Made by a program: the position numbers and the translations under genes | The notes under the pieces: model-generated | Databases searched by the model: none | Seen by the model: only the letters and a program-made list of their open reading frames with translations | What the model was told of the DNA's origin: nothing | Shown: positions 28,081 to 37,195 of the stretch, piece after piece | How the letters are laid out: every line of letters begins with the position of its first letter | Numbering within the stretch: position 1 is the stretch's first letter | Assembly (NCBI GenBank): GCA_963728745.1 | Contig: CAVSKY010000006.1 | Coordinates: forward strand, 389,015 to 453,014 | Direction: 5' to 3' | DNA length: 64,000 nucleotides | From: an uncultured Chloroflexia bacterium | GTDB taxonomy: Bacteria > Chloroflexota > Limnocylindria > Limnocylindrales > CSP1-4

Positions 28081-29183
28081 CCGAGGACACGACCGGCCTG
28101 TCGATGACGCGCGACCCCGCGCCCGACCCGCAGTCGCCGCACGCGGGCCAGCCGCCGGCCGCGCAGCCACTGACCGAGATCGTCCTGTCGCCGCCGGCGC
28201 GCCCGTCGAAGCCGCCGGTGCCGCCGCCGGTCGACGCGCCGCCGCAGGTCGAGCTGACCATCGACGGGCGACCGGTGTCGGTGCCCGCCGGGACCACCAT
28301 CCTCGATGCCTGCCGCGAGCTCGGCATCGACACGCCGACGCTCTGCTACGCGGAGAACCTGACCCCCGTGAACGTCTGCCGCGTGTGCGTGGTCGAGGTC
28401 ACCGGCGCACGAGTGCTCGCACCGGCCTGCTCGCGCGCGGTCGAGCCGGGCATGGACGTCCAGACCGACACCGAGCGTGTCCGCACATCGCGCAAGGTGG
28501 TGCTCGAGTTCCTCGGCTCGTCGGTCGACGTGTCGCTGACGGGCCCCGCCGTACCCGACGGCACGATCCACGCATACATGGAGCGGTACGGCGCGGATCC
28601 ATCGCGGTTCGGCCCGCCGGCCGAACCCGCGGCCGCGGGGGAGCGCGACGCACACCAGCCCGGCCACCATCACGCGCCGAGTGCGGGGGAGGCGGCGTTC
28701 GCGGCGACGGTCGCCCAGCCGACCAAGGTCGACAACGACCTCTATGTCCGCGACTACTCGAAATGCATCCTCTGCTACAAGTGCGTCGAGGCGTGTGGGG
28801 AGGACGCACAGAACACGTTCGCCATCGCCGTCGCCGGGCGCGGCTTCGATGCGCGGATCTCGACCGAGCAGGCCGTCCCGCTGCCGGAGTCGGCGTGTGT
28901 GTACTGCGGCAACTGCATCGGCGTTTGTCCGACCGGCGCACTGATGGCCAAGCCCGAATACGACATGCGCGCGGCCGGCACGTGGGACGAGTCCGCCCAG
29001 ACCGTGACCTCGACGATCTGCCCGTACTGCGGCGTCGGTTGTGTGGTCGACCTGCACGTCCAGGACGACCGCATCCTCAAGGTGACGTCGCCGCTCAATT
29101 CGTCCGTGACGGACGGCCATCTGTGCATCAAGGGCAGGTTCGGCTTCGAATTCGTGAACGAGCGACCGAAGCCCCCGGCGTGA
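28077..29183 (+). CDS. NuoG-like Fe-S subunit: 2Fe-2S ferredoxin + 4Fe-4S clusters + Mo-bisMGD-type Fe4S4 domain (N-terminal module of FdhA, HylA-like)
   Basis: ATGA overlap with the previous gene. There is a Pro-rich N-terminal linker. Cysteine motifs are CRVCVVE, CILCYKCVEACGE, CVYCGNCIGVCPTG, ICPYCGVGCVVD and GHLCIKGRFGFEF. Confidence 0.8.
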   Translation: MTEDTTGLSMTRDPAPDPQSPHAGQPPAAQPLTEIVLSPPARPSKPPVPPPVDAPPQVELTIDGRPVSVPAGTTILDACRELGIDTPTLCYAENLTPVNVCRVCVVEVTGARVLAPACSRAVEPGMDVQTDTERVRTSRKVVLEFLGSSVDVSLTGPAVPDGTIHAYMERYGADPSRFGPPAEPAAAGERDAHQPGHHHAPSAGEAAFAATVAQPTKVDNDLYVRDYSKCILCYKCVEACGEDAQNTFAIAVAGRGFDARISTEQAVPLPESACVYCGNCIGVCPTGALMAKPEYDMRAAGTWDESAQTVTSTICPYCGVGCVVDLHVQDDRILKVTSPLNSSVTDGHLCIKGRFGFEFVNERPKPPA

Positions 29184-29611
29184 ACCTCACGCCGGCCGAA
29201 GGCGACCTGCTGACCAAGGCGCGCCGCGCGACGCTTGCGACGATCGCCCCGACCGGCCGGGCACGTCTCGTGCCGATCTGCTTCATCACGATCGACGACG
29301 TCCTGTGGTCGCCCATCGACCAGAAACCCAAGGCGACCGGGGATCCCCACGGGCTCGCGCGGGTCCGCGACATCCAGGCTCGGCCTGAGGTGACGGTGCT
29401 GGTCGACCAGTGGTCCGAGGACTGGTCGGACCTGGCGTGGCTCCGGCTCCACGCTCGTGCCGTCCTGATCGAGCCCTCCGATGTCCCGACCGCCACCGTG
29501 GAGGCGCTGCGCCAGCGCTATCCGCAGTACCGGGAGCACGACCTCGAGCACCGACCCATGCTCAAGATCACGCTCGAACGCGCGACGAGCTGGTTCGCCG
29601 CAGATCGGTGA
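29180..29611 (+). CDS. Pyridoxamine 5'-phosphate oxidase family protein (PPOX-class, probable F420/FMN-dependent)
   Basis: GTGA overlap with the upstream gene. 143 aa, with the PNPOx-like split-barrel pattern (ATLATIAPTGRARLVPICF). Confidence 0.65.
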   Translation: MNLTPAEGDLLTKARRATLATIAPTGRARLVPICFITIDDVLWSPIDQKPKATGDPHGLARVRDIQARPEVTVLVDQWSEDWSDLAWLRLHARAVLIEPSDVPTATVEALRQRYPQYREHDLEHRPMLKITLERATSWFAADR

Positions 29612-29777
29612 CCTGACAGGTCAAACCGACGTGTCAGGACATAAGGCGGTATGAACAAGCGTGGGCCGGCTTGACTTCGTGCCCATCGATGCGGGATCCG
29701 ACGGTCGAGCGTGCATGTTCATCCGAATCCGTGACCCTACGGGTCGATTTGACCCACCAGGTCACTTCGCGGAAAGA

Positions 29778-30650
29778 TCAGCCCCAGCCGGTCAGGTCGC
29801 GCAGGTCGATCCGGCGGTCGTGGCTGTACACATTGAAGCCGTCGCCACGCAGGAAACCGACCAGCGTCACCCCCAGGCGCTCCGCGGTCTCGACGGCCAG
29901 GTCCGAGGGCGCCGACACCGCCGCCACGATCGGCGCACCGGCGACGGCGGCCTTCTGGATGATCTCGAAGCTGACGCGGCCCGACACCATCACGATCCGG
30001 TCGTGCAGTGGCAACGACTTCGCCAGCAGCTGCGATCCGACCAGCTTGTCGAGCGCGTTGTGGCGGCCGACGTCCTCGCGCAGCGCCAGCAACTCGCCCG
30101 CCGGGGTGAACAGCGCGGCCGCGTGGAGTCCGCCGGTCTCATCGAACGCCTTCTGGGCCGCACGCAGCAGGTCGGGCAGGGCGACGATCACCGCGCGCGG
30201 CACGACCGGCCCGTCGGGGAGCGGATCGCAGCGCATCACCACCTCGTCGATCGACGCCTTGCCGCAGATCCCACAGGAAGCCGTCGCCACGAAGTGGCGC
30301 TCGGCGATGGCCGATGCGTCGAACGAGGTCGAGAGGCGAACGACGATGGTGTCGTCCGGCTGGTTGAGCGTGACCGGGTCGCCGGTCTCGGTCCCGACGA
30401 CCTCGGGACCCGTGATCAGACCCTCGGTATGCAGGAAACCGACCGCCAGTTCAGCCTCATGGCCGGGGGTCCGCATCGTGACCGCGACGGCCACGGGATC
30501 CTGATCGGGACCCGCGGCACGGATCTCGAGCGGCGCTTCCCCGACGACACGGTCGGAGCGGACCTCGAGCGAGCCGCCGCGCACCGCCACGATCGAGCGC
30601 GTCGTGATGTGCCGAGTGGGCGGAGCCGTCCCTTGCGCGTGCTGGGCCAT
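29778..30650 (-). CDS. fdhD: Formate dehydrogenase accessory sulfurtransferase
   Basis: CGICGKASID (active-site Cys loop) and GRHNALDKL. The start is probably ATG at 30650; the track's first ATG is 30716. Confidence 0.85.
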   Translation of the reverse strand: MAQHAQGTAPPTRHITTRSIVAVRGGSLEVRSDRVVGEAPLEIRAAGPDQDPVAVAVTMRTPGHEAELAVGFLHTEGLITGPEVVGTETGDPVTLNQPDDTIVVRLSTSFDASAIAERHFVATASCGICGKASIDEVVMRCDPLPDGPVVPRAVIVALPDLLRAAQKAFDETGGLHAAALFTPAGELLALREDVGRHNALDKLVGSQLLAKSLPLHDRIVMVSGRVSFEIIQKAAVAGAPIVAAVSAPSDLAVETAERLGVTLVGFLRGDGFNVYSHDRRIDLRDLTGWG

Positions 30651-30753
30651 GTCCGGCGAGTGTACTGGTGTACCCCGGACCGTCGGCGGGTCGTCCGCGG
30701 AGCCGACCATCGCCATACTCGCGCCGCCGGTCGACCGCCTGTCGACGGCTGGT

Positions 30754-31455
30754 ATGAAGGGGTCCTACTCCGTGAACGATTGGGTCTGCGGCAACTGCAA
30801 GTCGATCAACCGCGGCGCGGCGAACGCGTGTTACAGCTGTGGTGGCGCCCGGGAGATCGTGGCTGCCTCAGCACCGATCATCCCGATGACCGGGCAGTCG
30901 ACCGTTTCGAGCGGGGATGGTGGCGTCGGCGTCGCCGCCCTCGCATCACCGTTCGATCCGGCGATGGTTGCTGGTGGCGCCGCCGTGGCTCCTGCTGCGG
31001 CGACAGCTCCGGGGCAGCCGGCCGGCGCGAGCAACATCCTCGGCGGGTTCGTGGGTGGCCTTGTCGCAGCGGCCCTGGCGACCGCCGTGTGGTACGGCGT
31101 CGTGGCCGTCACCCAGTATCAGATCGGCCTGGTCGCCATCGCGGTCGGCTTCATCGTCGGCTACGGCGTCGTCCTGGGCGCGAACCGGCGTGGGTCCGTG
31201 CTGCTCGTGCCGATCTCGGTCATCTTCACGCTGCTGGCGCTCGTCATCAGCGAATACCTCATCGTCGCCCACTTCGTGAGCCAGGAGTTCGCGGCCGAGG
31301 GCCTGACGATCGACCTGGTCCAGCCACCCGACTTCGTCATCAGTGTGGTGATGGACTCGCTCCAGGCGGACCCGCTGACGCTAGTCTTCTGGGCGATCGC
31401 CCTGTTCCAGGCATTCGTGATCCCCTCGCGGACGATCGGCCGCAGCAACAGCTAG
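30754..31455 (+). CDS. Membrane protein with N-terminal RanBP2-like zinc ribbon (WVCGNCKSINRGAANACYSCGG) and glycine-rich TM helices
   Basis: A four-Cys ribbon is followed by an Ala/Gly-rich linker and about 4 TM helices. It is a paralogue of the 22388-22978 gene. Confidence 0.5.
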   Translation: MKGSYSVNDWVCGNCKSINRGAANACYSCGGAREIVAASAPIIPMTGQSTVSSGDGGVGVAALASPFDPAMVAGGAAVAPAAATAPGQPAGASNILGGFVGGLVAAALATAVWYGVVAVTQYQIGLVAIAVGFIVGYGVVLGANRRGSVLLVPISVIFTLLALVISEYLIVAHFVSQEFAAEGLTIDLVQPPDFVISVVMDSLQADPLTLVFWAIALFQAFVIPSRTIGRSNS

Positions 31456-32699
31456 CGACCCGCCTCCTCGCGGTCCAGGAACAGCGCGGTCCCGGTGGGC
31501 CGCAGGCAGTGGGTCGAGCTCATCGCTTGGTGGTAACCACCGGCGTTGAGCAGGGCGACGATATCGCCTTCGGCTACCTCGGCCATCGCGTAGTCCTCCG
31601 CGAAGACGTCGCTCGCTTCGTTGATGTGGCCGGCCACCGTCACCCGCTGCGTGCGCGCGGCGGCAGGGTCGCGGCACGGGACGATCTCCTGCGCGAAGCC
31701 GTAGATGAAGTACGCGCAGTTCACATTCCAGCCGATGTCGAGGCCGACGAACGTCACGCCTCGGCGCGTTTCGACGGTGACCACCTCGGCGAGCAGGATC
31801 GCGGCGTCCTTCGTGAGCGCGTCGCCGGGCTCCGCCGTGACGGTGACGCCGAGCGGGTCGAGGTGACGCGCCACGGCCGCGGCATAGGCGGCGAGATCCA
31901 CGCCTGACTCGTCCGCGCGTGCCGGCACGCCGAGCCCGCCGCCCACGTTGACCTCGATGATGCGGTGGCCAGCGGCGTGGGCCCGCGCGACGGCTTCGAC
32001 CGCCACCGGCAGTGCGCGCTCAAACGCCGGCAGCCCGTCGGCCAGCCACCCCGAGCCGGCGTGGAAATGGATCGTGTCGATCGCAAGCCGATGCTGCGCT
32101 GCCACGGCGAGCGCCTCGTCGAATCGCTCGAGTCCGATCCCGAACTTCGTGGGGCGCGACCCGCTGTACTCGAGCTGCTCGTTGTAGCCGGCACCCGTCG
32201 CGGGGTCGATCCGGATCCCGATCGAGGACCCCCGGGCTCGCCGCCCATAGCGCGCGATCTGGCTGATCGCGTCGAGGTTGCAGTGGATGCCGTGCTCGAG
32301 GATGACGTCGAGGTCACGCTCCGAGACATTGGTGCCGGTGTAGCTGATCTCGTCCGATCGCCAGCCGCATTCCAGTGCCCGTAGCACCTCCCCGGGCGAG
32401 CAGGCATCGATGCCGACGCTGGCCGGCGTGCCGGGCGCACCGAGGGCACGGAACACGCTGAGGATCTCGGGAAACGGATCGGCCTTGAGCGCGAACCGGA
32501 GCCGGAATGGGATGCCGGTCGGGGCGAAGGCCGCCTGGATCGCGCGCGCGTTCTCGCCGAACCGCGCGAGGTCGTAGGCGAAGAGCGGTGTCCCGTGCTC
32601 CCGGGCGAGCGCCTCGGCGTCTCGCCCCGCGATCGTCAGCCGGCCGTCAACGACGTCGAGTCCGGGTCTGACCCACCACGGGGCGACGACCGTGGTCAC
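31452..32699 (-). CDS. PLP-dependent decarboxylase, fold III (diaminopimelate decarboxylase-like)
   Basis: 415 aa. FAYDLARFGENARAIQ...FALKA is the PLP-lysine region. EPGDAL and GGYHQAM motifs are present. Confidence 0.75.
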   Translation of the reverse strand: MTTVVAPWWVRPGLDVVDGRLTIAGRDAEALAREHGTPLFAYDLARFGENARAIQAAFAPTGIPFRLRFALKADPFPEILSVFRALGAPGTPASVGIDACSPGEVLRALECGWRSDEISYTGTNVSERDLDVILEHGIHCNLDAISQIARYGRRARGSSIGIRIDPATGAGYNEQLEYSGSRPTKFGIGLERFDEALAVAAQHRLAIDTIHFHAGSGWLADGLPAFERALPVAVEAVARAHAAGHRIIEVNVGGGLGVPARADESGVDLAAYAAAVARHLDPLGVTVTAEPGDALTKDAAILLAEVVTVETRRGVTFVGLDIGWNVNCAYFIYGFAQEIVPCRDPAAARTQRVTVAGHINEASDVFAEDYAMAEVAEGDIVALLNAGGYHQAMSSTHCLRPTGTALFLDREEAGR

Positions 32700-32953
32700 G
32701 CCCCGCTGTGCAGCACGCCGTCACGACCCAACCATCGGTTCGGGCCGACCTCGACGTCGACGCCGATGGCCTCGACGAGTCGACGGCTGGCTTCCGTCAC
32801 GTCGCGGATCGCGGCGTCGAAGGCCTCCTGATTGCGAGCGCTCGGCTCGCGGTAGCCGCTGATCTTGCGGACGAACTGGCGGGCGGCCGCCTCCAATTCG
32901 CCGGTCGTCGCCGCTTCACCCGGACGACGGAGGGTCTTGATGCTCCGGCACAT
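32696..32953 (-). CDS. Small conserved hypothetical protein (DUF2277-like)
   Basis: 85 aa. Its start overlaps the decarboxylase stop by 4 nt. Confidence 0.5.
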   Translation of the reverse strand: MCRSIKTLRRPGEAATTGELEAAARQFVRKISGYREPSARNQEAFDAAIRDVTEASRRLVEAIGVDVEVGPNRWLGRDGVLHSGA

Positions 32954-32971
32954 GCCGCTACGGTAGGGCGC

Positions 32972-33928
32972 ATGGCCAACCTTCGCCAGCCCGCCCGCCT
33001 CCTCCTCGCGGTGGCGGTCGGTCTATGCGTGGCGCTCGGCATCGATATCGCCCGTGTCGGCGGACCCGAGATCTGGCTCACTCGTCATCGGGCCGTATCG
33101 GGATCCGGCGCGCAGGGACGCGCGGTCGATGTCGGCGGGCGCTCGCTCTACCTCGATTGCCGGGGGACGGGCTCGCCGACGATCGTGCTCGAGGCCGGCA
33201 TGGGCGACGGCGTCGCCGGCTGGGCGCCGGTCCACGACGGCATGGCTGCCATCACCCGGACCTGTGCCTACGATCGGCCCGGTCGCGGTTCGAGCGATCC
33301 GCGTGGCCGGCATACGGTCGCGGACGCGGCAGACGACCTGCGCCAGCTGCTACGGATCGCCGGGGAGTCCCCGCCGTTCGTCGTCGTAGGCCATTCGCTC
33401 GGCGAGGTGTACGCACGCGTCTTCGCCGGCCGGCACGGCGCGGACGTCGTCGGTCTCGTCCTGGTCGATGGGTTCAGCGTCGACCTGGAAGCGGATCGGA
33501 TCCATCCGCTGCTGGGCGAGCTGCAACCCGAGTACGAGGCACAGGCGCAGGGCTTCCGAGACCTGATCACTGCCGTCGAGGACCTCGACTGGCCGGCGTC
33601 GGAGGCGCAACTCCGAGCCGCCGACGTGTCTGCGTTCCCGATCGTCGTGCTCCGAGCTCCGCGCGCCGACCCGCGGCTGGACGAGCCGACCAACGTGGCG
33701 ATCGCCGACGCGTGGCAGGAGGCCTACGAGTCGCTGGCGCCCGGACGGGTCCGCTACGAGATCGCTTGGGGCGCCGGGCACATCATCCAGGCGGACCGCC
33801 CGGACGCAGTGATCGAGGCCGCTCGCGAGCTGGTCGACGCGGCGGCGCGACCCACTTGGCGTTGCCGTTCGTCACCGAAAACGGCCTCGTCGAGGACCCA
33901 TCCGGAATGGCTCGCGTATCCTGACTGA
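32972..33928 (+). CDS. Alpha/beta hydrolase
   Basis: Signal-like N-terminus and nucleophile elbow VVGHSLGEV. The start is placed at ATG 32972; the track ORF begins earlier in the same frame. Confidence 0.7.
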   Translation: MANLRQPARLLLAVAVGLCVALGIDIARVGGPEIWLTRHRAVSGSGAQGRAVDVGGRSLYLDCRGTGSPTIVLEAGMGDGVAGWAPVHDGMAAITRTCAYDRPGRGSSDPRGRHTVADAADDLRQLLRIAGESPPFVVVGHSLGEVYARVFAGRHGADVVGLVLVDGFSVDLEADRIHPLLGELQPEYEAQAQGFRDLITAVEDLDWPASEAQLRAADVSAFPIVVLRAPRADPRLDEPTNVAIADAWQEAYESLAPGRVRYEIAWGAGHIIQADRPDAVIEAARELVDAAARPTWRCRSSPKTASSRTHPEWLAYPD

Positions 33929-34012
33929 CCCAGCCGTCCTAGTCCCGACGGTGACCAAGGTCCTGCGCAAGGACCTGGGACGCATGCCAAACCTGTGGGG
34001 GTTCCTCGATCC

Positions 34013-36412
34013 ATGACGTACTCGCCACGCTCCCCTCGTCGACTGGCGACGATCCTGCTGTCCATCGGCCTTGCGGCCATCATGGCGACGGGCTCGGTCC
34101 TCGCCGGCACCCCGGTCACGAACGGCTATCGCGACCACGTCTACGGGGGCGGTGCCTTCCGGCCCTCCGGCGACAAGCCGCAGTCGAAGCTCTGGTACAC
34201 CGACGAGGGCGGCGGCGCGGTCCAGTGGTGGGCGGGCATGTTCCGCTACACCACGACCGCCCCGGTAGCCTCTGATCACCGGATCTTCAAGCTCAGCGCG
34301 GACAAGACCGACTGGAACGCCACGACGACGGTCGCCGACGCGCGCGACGCGTCGCACGGCGATTACCTGTGGGACGAGGGGACGAACACGCTGTACGTGG
34401 CTTCGGTGGTCACGCCGAACGCCAGTGACCCGTTCGTCGTCGACGCGACCCCTGACGGCATCCGGGTCTTCAAATACAGCTATGACAACGCGACCGATGT
34501 GTACACGGCCGCGGCCGGCTTCCCGAAGACTATCCAGGGCACGTCAAGCACCGCGAGCCCGGAATTCCGCGGCGGATCGTGGACGGTCACCATCGCCAAG
34601 GACTCGACGAACCGGCTGTGGATGGCCTGGCCGAAGCTGGCCGACGTTCTCTACAGCTATTCCGATGACGACGGTGCGACCTGGACGGACCCTGCCGCGA
34701 TCCCGCTGCAGGCCGCCAATCCGATCAATACCGGCACGCTGTCGCAGAGCGACTCGGCCGCTGTCATCGCCTTCGGTAACGGTTCGCCGAGCACGGTCGG
34801 CGTGATGTGGAGCGACCAGAGCAGCACGCCCGATCCGGCATCCAATGGCTACTACTTCGCGACCATCGCCGCCGGCGGCGACCCCACGGTCGCCGGGAAT
34901 TGGTCCATGCAGGCGCTGCCCGCGATCACCGGGACCACCTTCGATGATGCCGACAACCACATCAACCTCAAGGCGACGAGCGACGGCACGCTCTACATGG
35001 TCGGCAAGACCAGGACGGACACCGTCGCGTGTGCGACCAACAAGCAGCGGCCGCTGATCCCGTTCTACGTGCGGCCCGCGGGCGGCACCTTCGGGGCGCC
35101 ACACCTGGCCGGCACGGTCGGCGACTGCAATACCCGTCCGCAAATGGTCATCAGCGAGCAGCTCGACGTGGCGTACCTGTTCATGACCTCACCGAACGGA
35201 GGCGGGTCCATCTACATGAAATCAGCGCCCCTCAGCGGAGCCGACGCATTCGACTTCCGTGGCGTCGCTGACCAGACCATCCAGCGCGGTATCCCATTCA
35301 TCCGCAGCGCGACCGAGACGCTCATCGATGATGCCACCACGACCAAGCAGGTCGTGACCGACGCGAGCGAGATCGTCGTCAATTCGAACAATCTGACGTC
35401 GTCGGCGGGCGGCAACATCAAGGTCTTCCTGCACAACTTCATGGACATCCCGGCCACCGACAGCACCGATCCGACCGGGACCGTGTCGATCAACGCTGGC
35501 GCCGCGATGACCAACAGCACCACCGTGTCCGTGGCCGTGCCCGGCAGCGACGCCGGGAGCGGGCTGAGCCTCGTCGAGGTTTCGAACGCCGCCGACATGA
35601 GTGGCAGCACCACGTTCGTCTACACGACGCCGATCGCCTGGGCGCTGACGGCAGGCGCCGATGGGCCGCGAACCGTCTACGCTCGCTGGCGCGACGCGGC
35701 CGGCAACTGGTCGGCGATCCAGAGCGATGACATCACCCTGAACACAACGTCGGAGATCACCCCACCGACGCTGCCCGGCATCCCCACGCATCGGTTCCTT
35801 GGCTCCGGGCAATTCGGCTTCCCGGTCCGGCTCGACTGGACGGCCAGCACGGATGCCAGCCCACCGATCACCTACGAGCTCCAGCGGTCGCTCAACGGCG
35901 CGGCATTCGCGCCCTTCGCGACGACCACGTCGGCTGGCTACTCGCTCGATCTGAGCCATTCGACCTTCTCGTACCGGTTCCGGGTCCGCGCGTGCAATTC
36001 GTTCAGTAATTGCAGCGCCTACCGCACCGGGCCCACGTTCACGACGAAGAGCTACAGCGAGTCCAATGCCGCGACCAAGTACAGCGGCACTTGGACGCTG
36101 GCGTCCTCAAGCGTGTACGCGGGCGGCAAGGCCCGCCTCACGGGCACGGCCAATCGGAGCGTGAGCCTCACGTTCGTGGGCAACCAGGTCGCCTGGCTCA
36201 GCCGGTCCGGACCGACCTTCGGTTCGGCCAGGGTGTACATCGACGGGACCCTCGTTAAGACCGTCAGCCTGTTCGCAAGCACACCGGTGGATCGCAAGCT
36301 GGCCTACGTCAAGACGTGGTCGACGGCCGGCACCCACACGATCCGAGTCGTGGTCGTCGGGACGGCCGGCCACCCACGCGTCACGCACGACCAGTTCTAC
36401 GTCATCCGCTGA
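34013..36412 (+). CDS. Large secreted BNR/Asp-box repeat protein with FN3-like and beta-sandwich C-terminal domains (sialidase/glycosidase-like)
   Basis: Signal peptide. The Asp-box is SYSDDDGATWTD. The FN3-like segment is YELQRSLNGAAFAP...FRVRACNS. Confidence 0.6.
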   Translation: MTYSPRSPRRLATILLSIGLAAIMATGSVLAGTPVTNGYRDHVYGGGAFRPSGDKPQSKLWYTDEGGGAVQWWAGMFRYTTTAPVASDHRIFKLSADKTDWNATTTVADARDASHGDYLWDEGTNTLYVASVVTPNASDPFVVDATPDGIRVFKYSYDNATDVYTAAAGFPKTIQGTSSTASPEFRGGSWTVTIAKDSTNRLWMAWPKLADVLYSYSDDDGATWTDPAAIPLQAANPINTGTLSQSDSAAVIAFGNGSPSTVGVMWSDQSSTPDPASNGYYFATIAAGGDPTVAGNWSMQALPAITGTTFDDADNHINLKATSDGTLYMVGKTRTDTVACATNKQRPLIPFYVRPAGGTFGAPHLAGTVGDCNTRPQMVISEQLDVAYLFMTSPNGGGSIYMKSAPLSGADAFDFRGVADQTIQRGIPFIRSATETLIDDATTTKQVVTDASEIVVNSNNLTSSAGGNIKVFLHNFMDIPATDSTDPTGTVSINAGAAMTNSTTVSVAVPGSDAGSGLSLVEVSNAADMSGSTTFVYTTPIAWALTAGADGPRTVYARWRDAAGNWSAIQSDDITLNTTSEITPPTLPGIPTHRFLGSGQFGFPVRLDWTASTDASPPITYELQRSLNGAAFAPFATTTSAGYSLDLSHSTFSYRFRVRACNSFSNCSAYRTGPTFTTKSYSESNAATKYSGTWTLASSSVYAGGKARLTGTANRSVSLTFVGNQVAWLSRSGPTFGSARVYIDGTLVKTVSLFASTPVDRKLAYVKTWSTAGTHTIRVVVVGTAGHPRVTHDQFYVIR

Positions 36413-36433
36413 CCCAAACCGCCTCCTGCCCAG

Positions 36434-36456
36434 GGGATAGCCGTCCCACGGCTATC
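36434..36456. terminator. Bidirectional terminator-like hairpin GGATAGCCG-TCCCA-CGGCTATCC between convergent genes
   Basis: A 9-bp perfect stem with a 5-nt loop, in the 94-bp convergent gap. Confidence 0.45.
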
Positions 36457-36506
36457 CTCGGGCGGTGGCGCGTCTCGGCACCGATCTGGGTCGGCGCGCT
36501 GACCGG

Positions 36507-37082
36507 TCAGCCCTTGGCCATCCGCCAGTACAGCGCGCCGGTCTGACAGAAATCGAGCCGTGTACACAACCCGCCTGTCAGGTCCCACTCGCGCCCGCTG
36601 ACATACGGACCACGGTCCACGACGGGGGCAGTCACGATCCGGCCGTTGCTGGGATTCTTGAAGGTGACCTTCGTGCCGCACGGCAGACTGCGATGGGCGA
36701 CCCCGATGAGCGTCGTCGTCATCGCCAGGCCACATGCCGTCCGCTTGCCGTAGAACCCTGGGCCGTACCAAGACACGTTGCGGTCGCGGTGCCAGGTCGG
36801 CTTCAGAACGACGTCCGGTCGAGCCTGGGGCTGGGCAGCCTTCGGCCGAGCCTGAGGCGGCTCGTTCGCTGTGTTGGGCTCGAAGAGTCTCGAGCCTTGA
36901 TCCAGGACCCCGTCGGAACGGGCCCCCGGATCCAGGGGCAAGGTCGTCGACACCGGCCCACGGACAGCCGTCATCTCCACGTCCGCGAAGAGATCGACGG
37001 AGGGGGTTCGCTCGGGGCTTGATGCCCATGAACCCACCGGTCCGGGGACGGCGACCGTGGCGAACGCGGCGATGAGCGCCAT
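36507..37082 (-). CDS. rlpA: RlpA-like double-psi beta-barrel (septal ring lytic transglycosylase family) protein
   Basis: VSWYGPGFYGKRTACG...LPCGTKVTF...VVDRGPYVSGREWDL match the DPBB_1 pattern. The start is probably ATG at 37082. Confidence 0.7.
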   Translation of the reverse strand: MALIAAFATVAVPGPVGSWASSPERTPSVDLFADVEMTAVRGPVSTTLPLDPGARSDGVLDQGSRLFEPNTANEPPQARPKAAQPQARPDVVLKPTWHRDRNVSWYGPGFYGKRTACGLAMTTTLIGVAHRSLPCGTKVTFKNPSNGRIVTAPVVDRGPYVSGREWDLTGGLCTRLDFCQTGALYWRMAKG

Positions 37083-37195
37083 GTTCGCGACGACCCTGGG
37101 GCGTCGCACGTCTGTTCGACAGTACCATCGTTCGAGATTTCGTGGCCTGCCCGTACCACCTCGCAGCCGTATCGGAACCGTGACAGACTCGTGCC

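Noticed and set aside
29607-29777. Inverted repeats (GTGACCTG ... CAGGTCAC, TGACC-TGACA-GGTCA) between the PPOX gene and fdhD, considered as a regulatory or mobile element
   Set aside because: They are most simply convergent terminator hairpins. They are short and carry no coding or TIR-like context.
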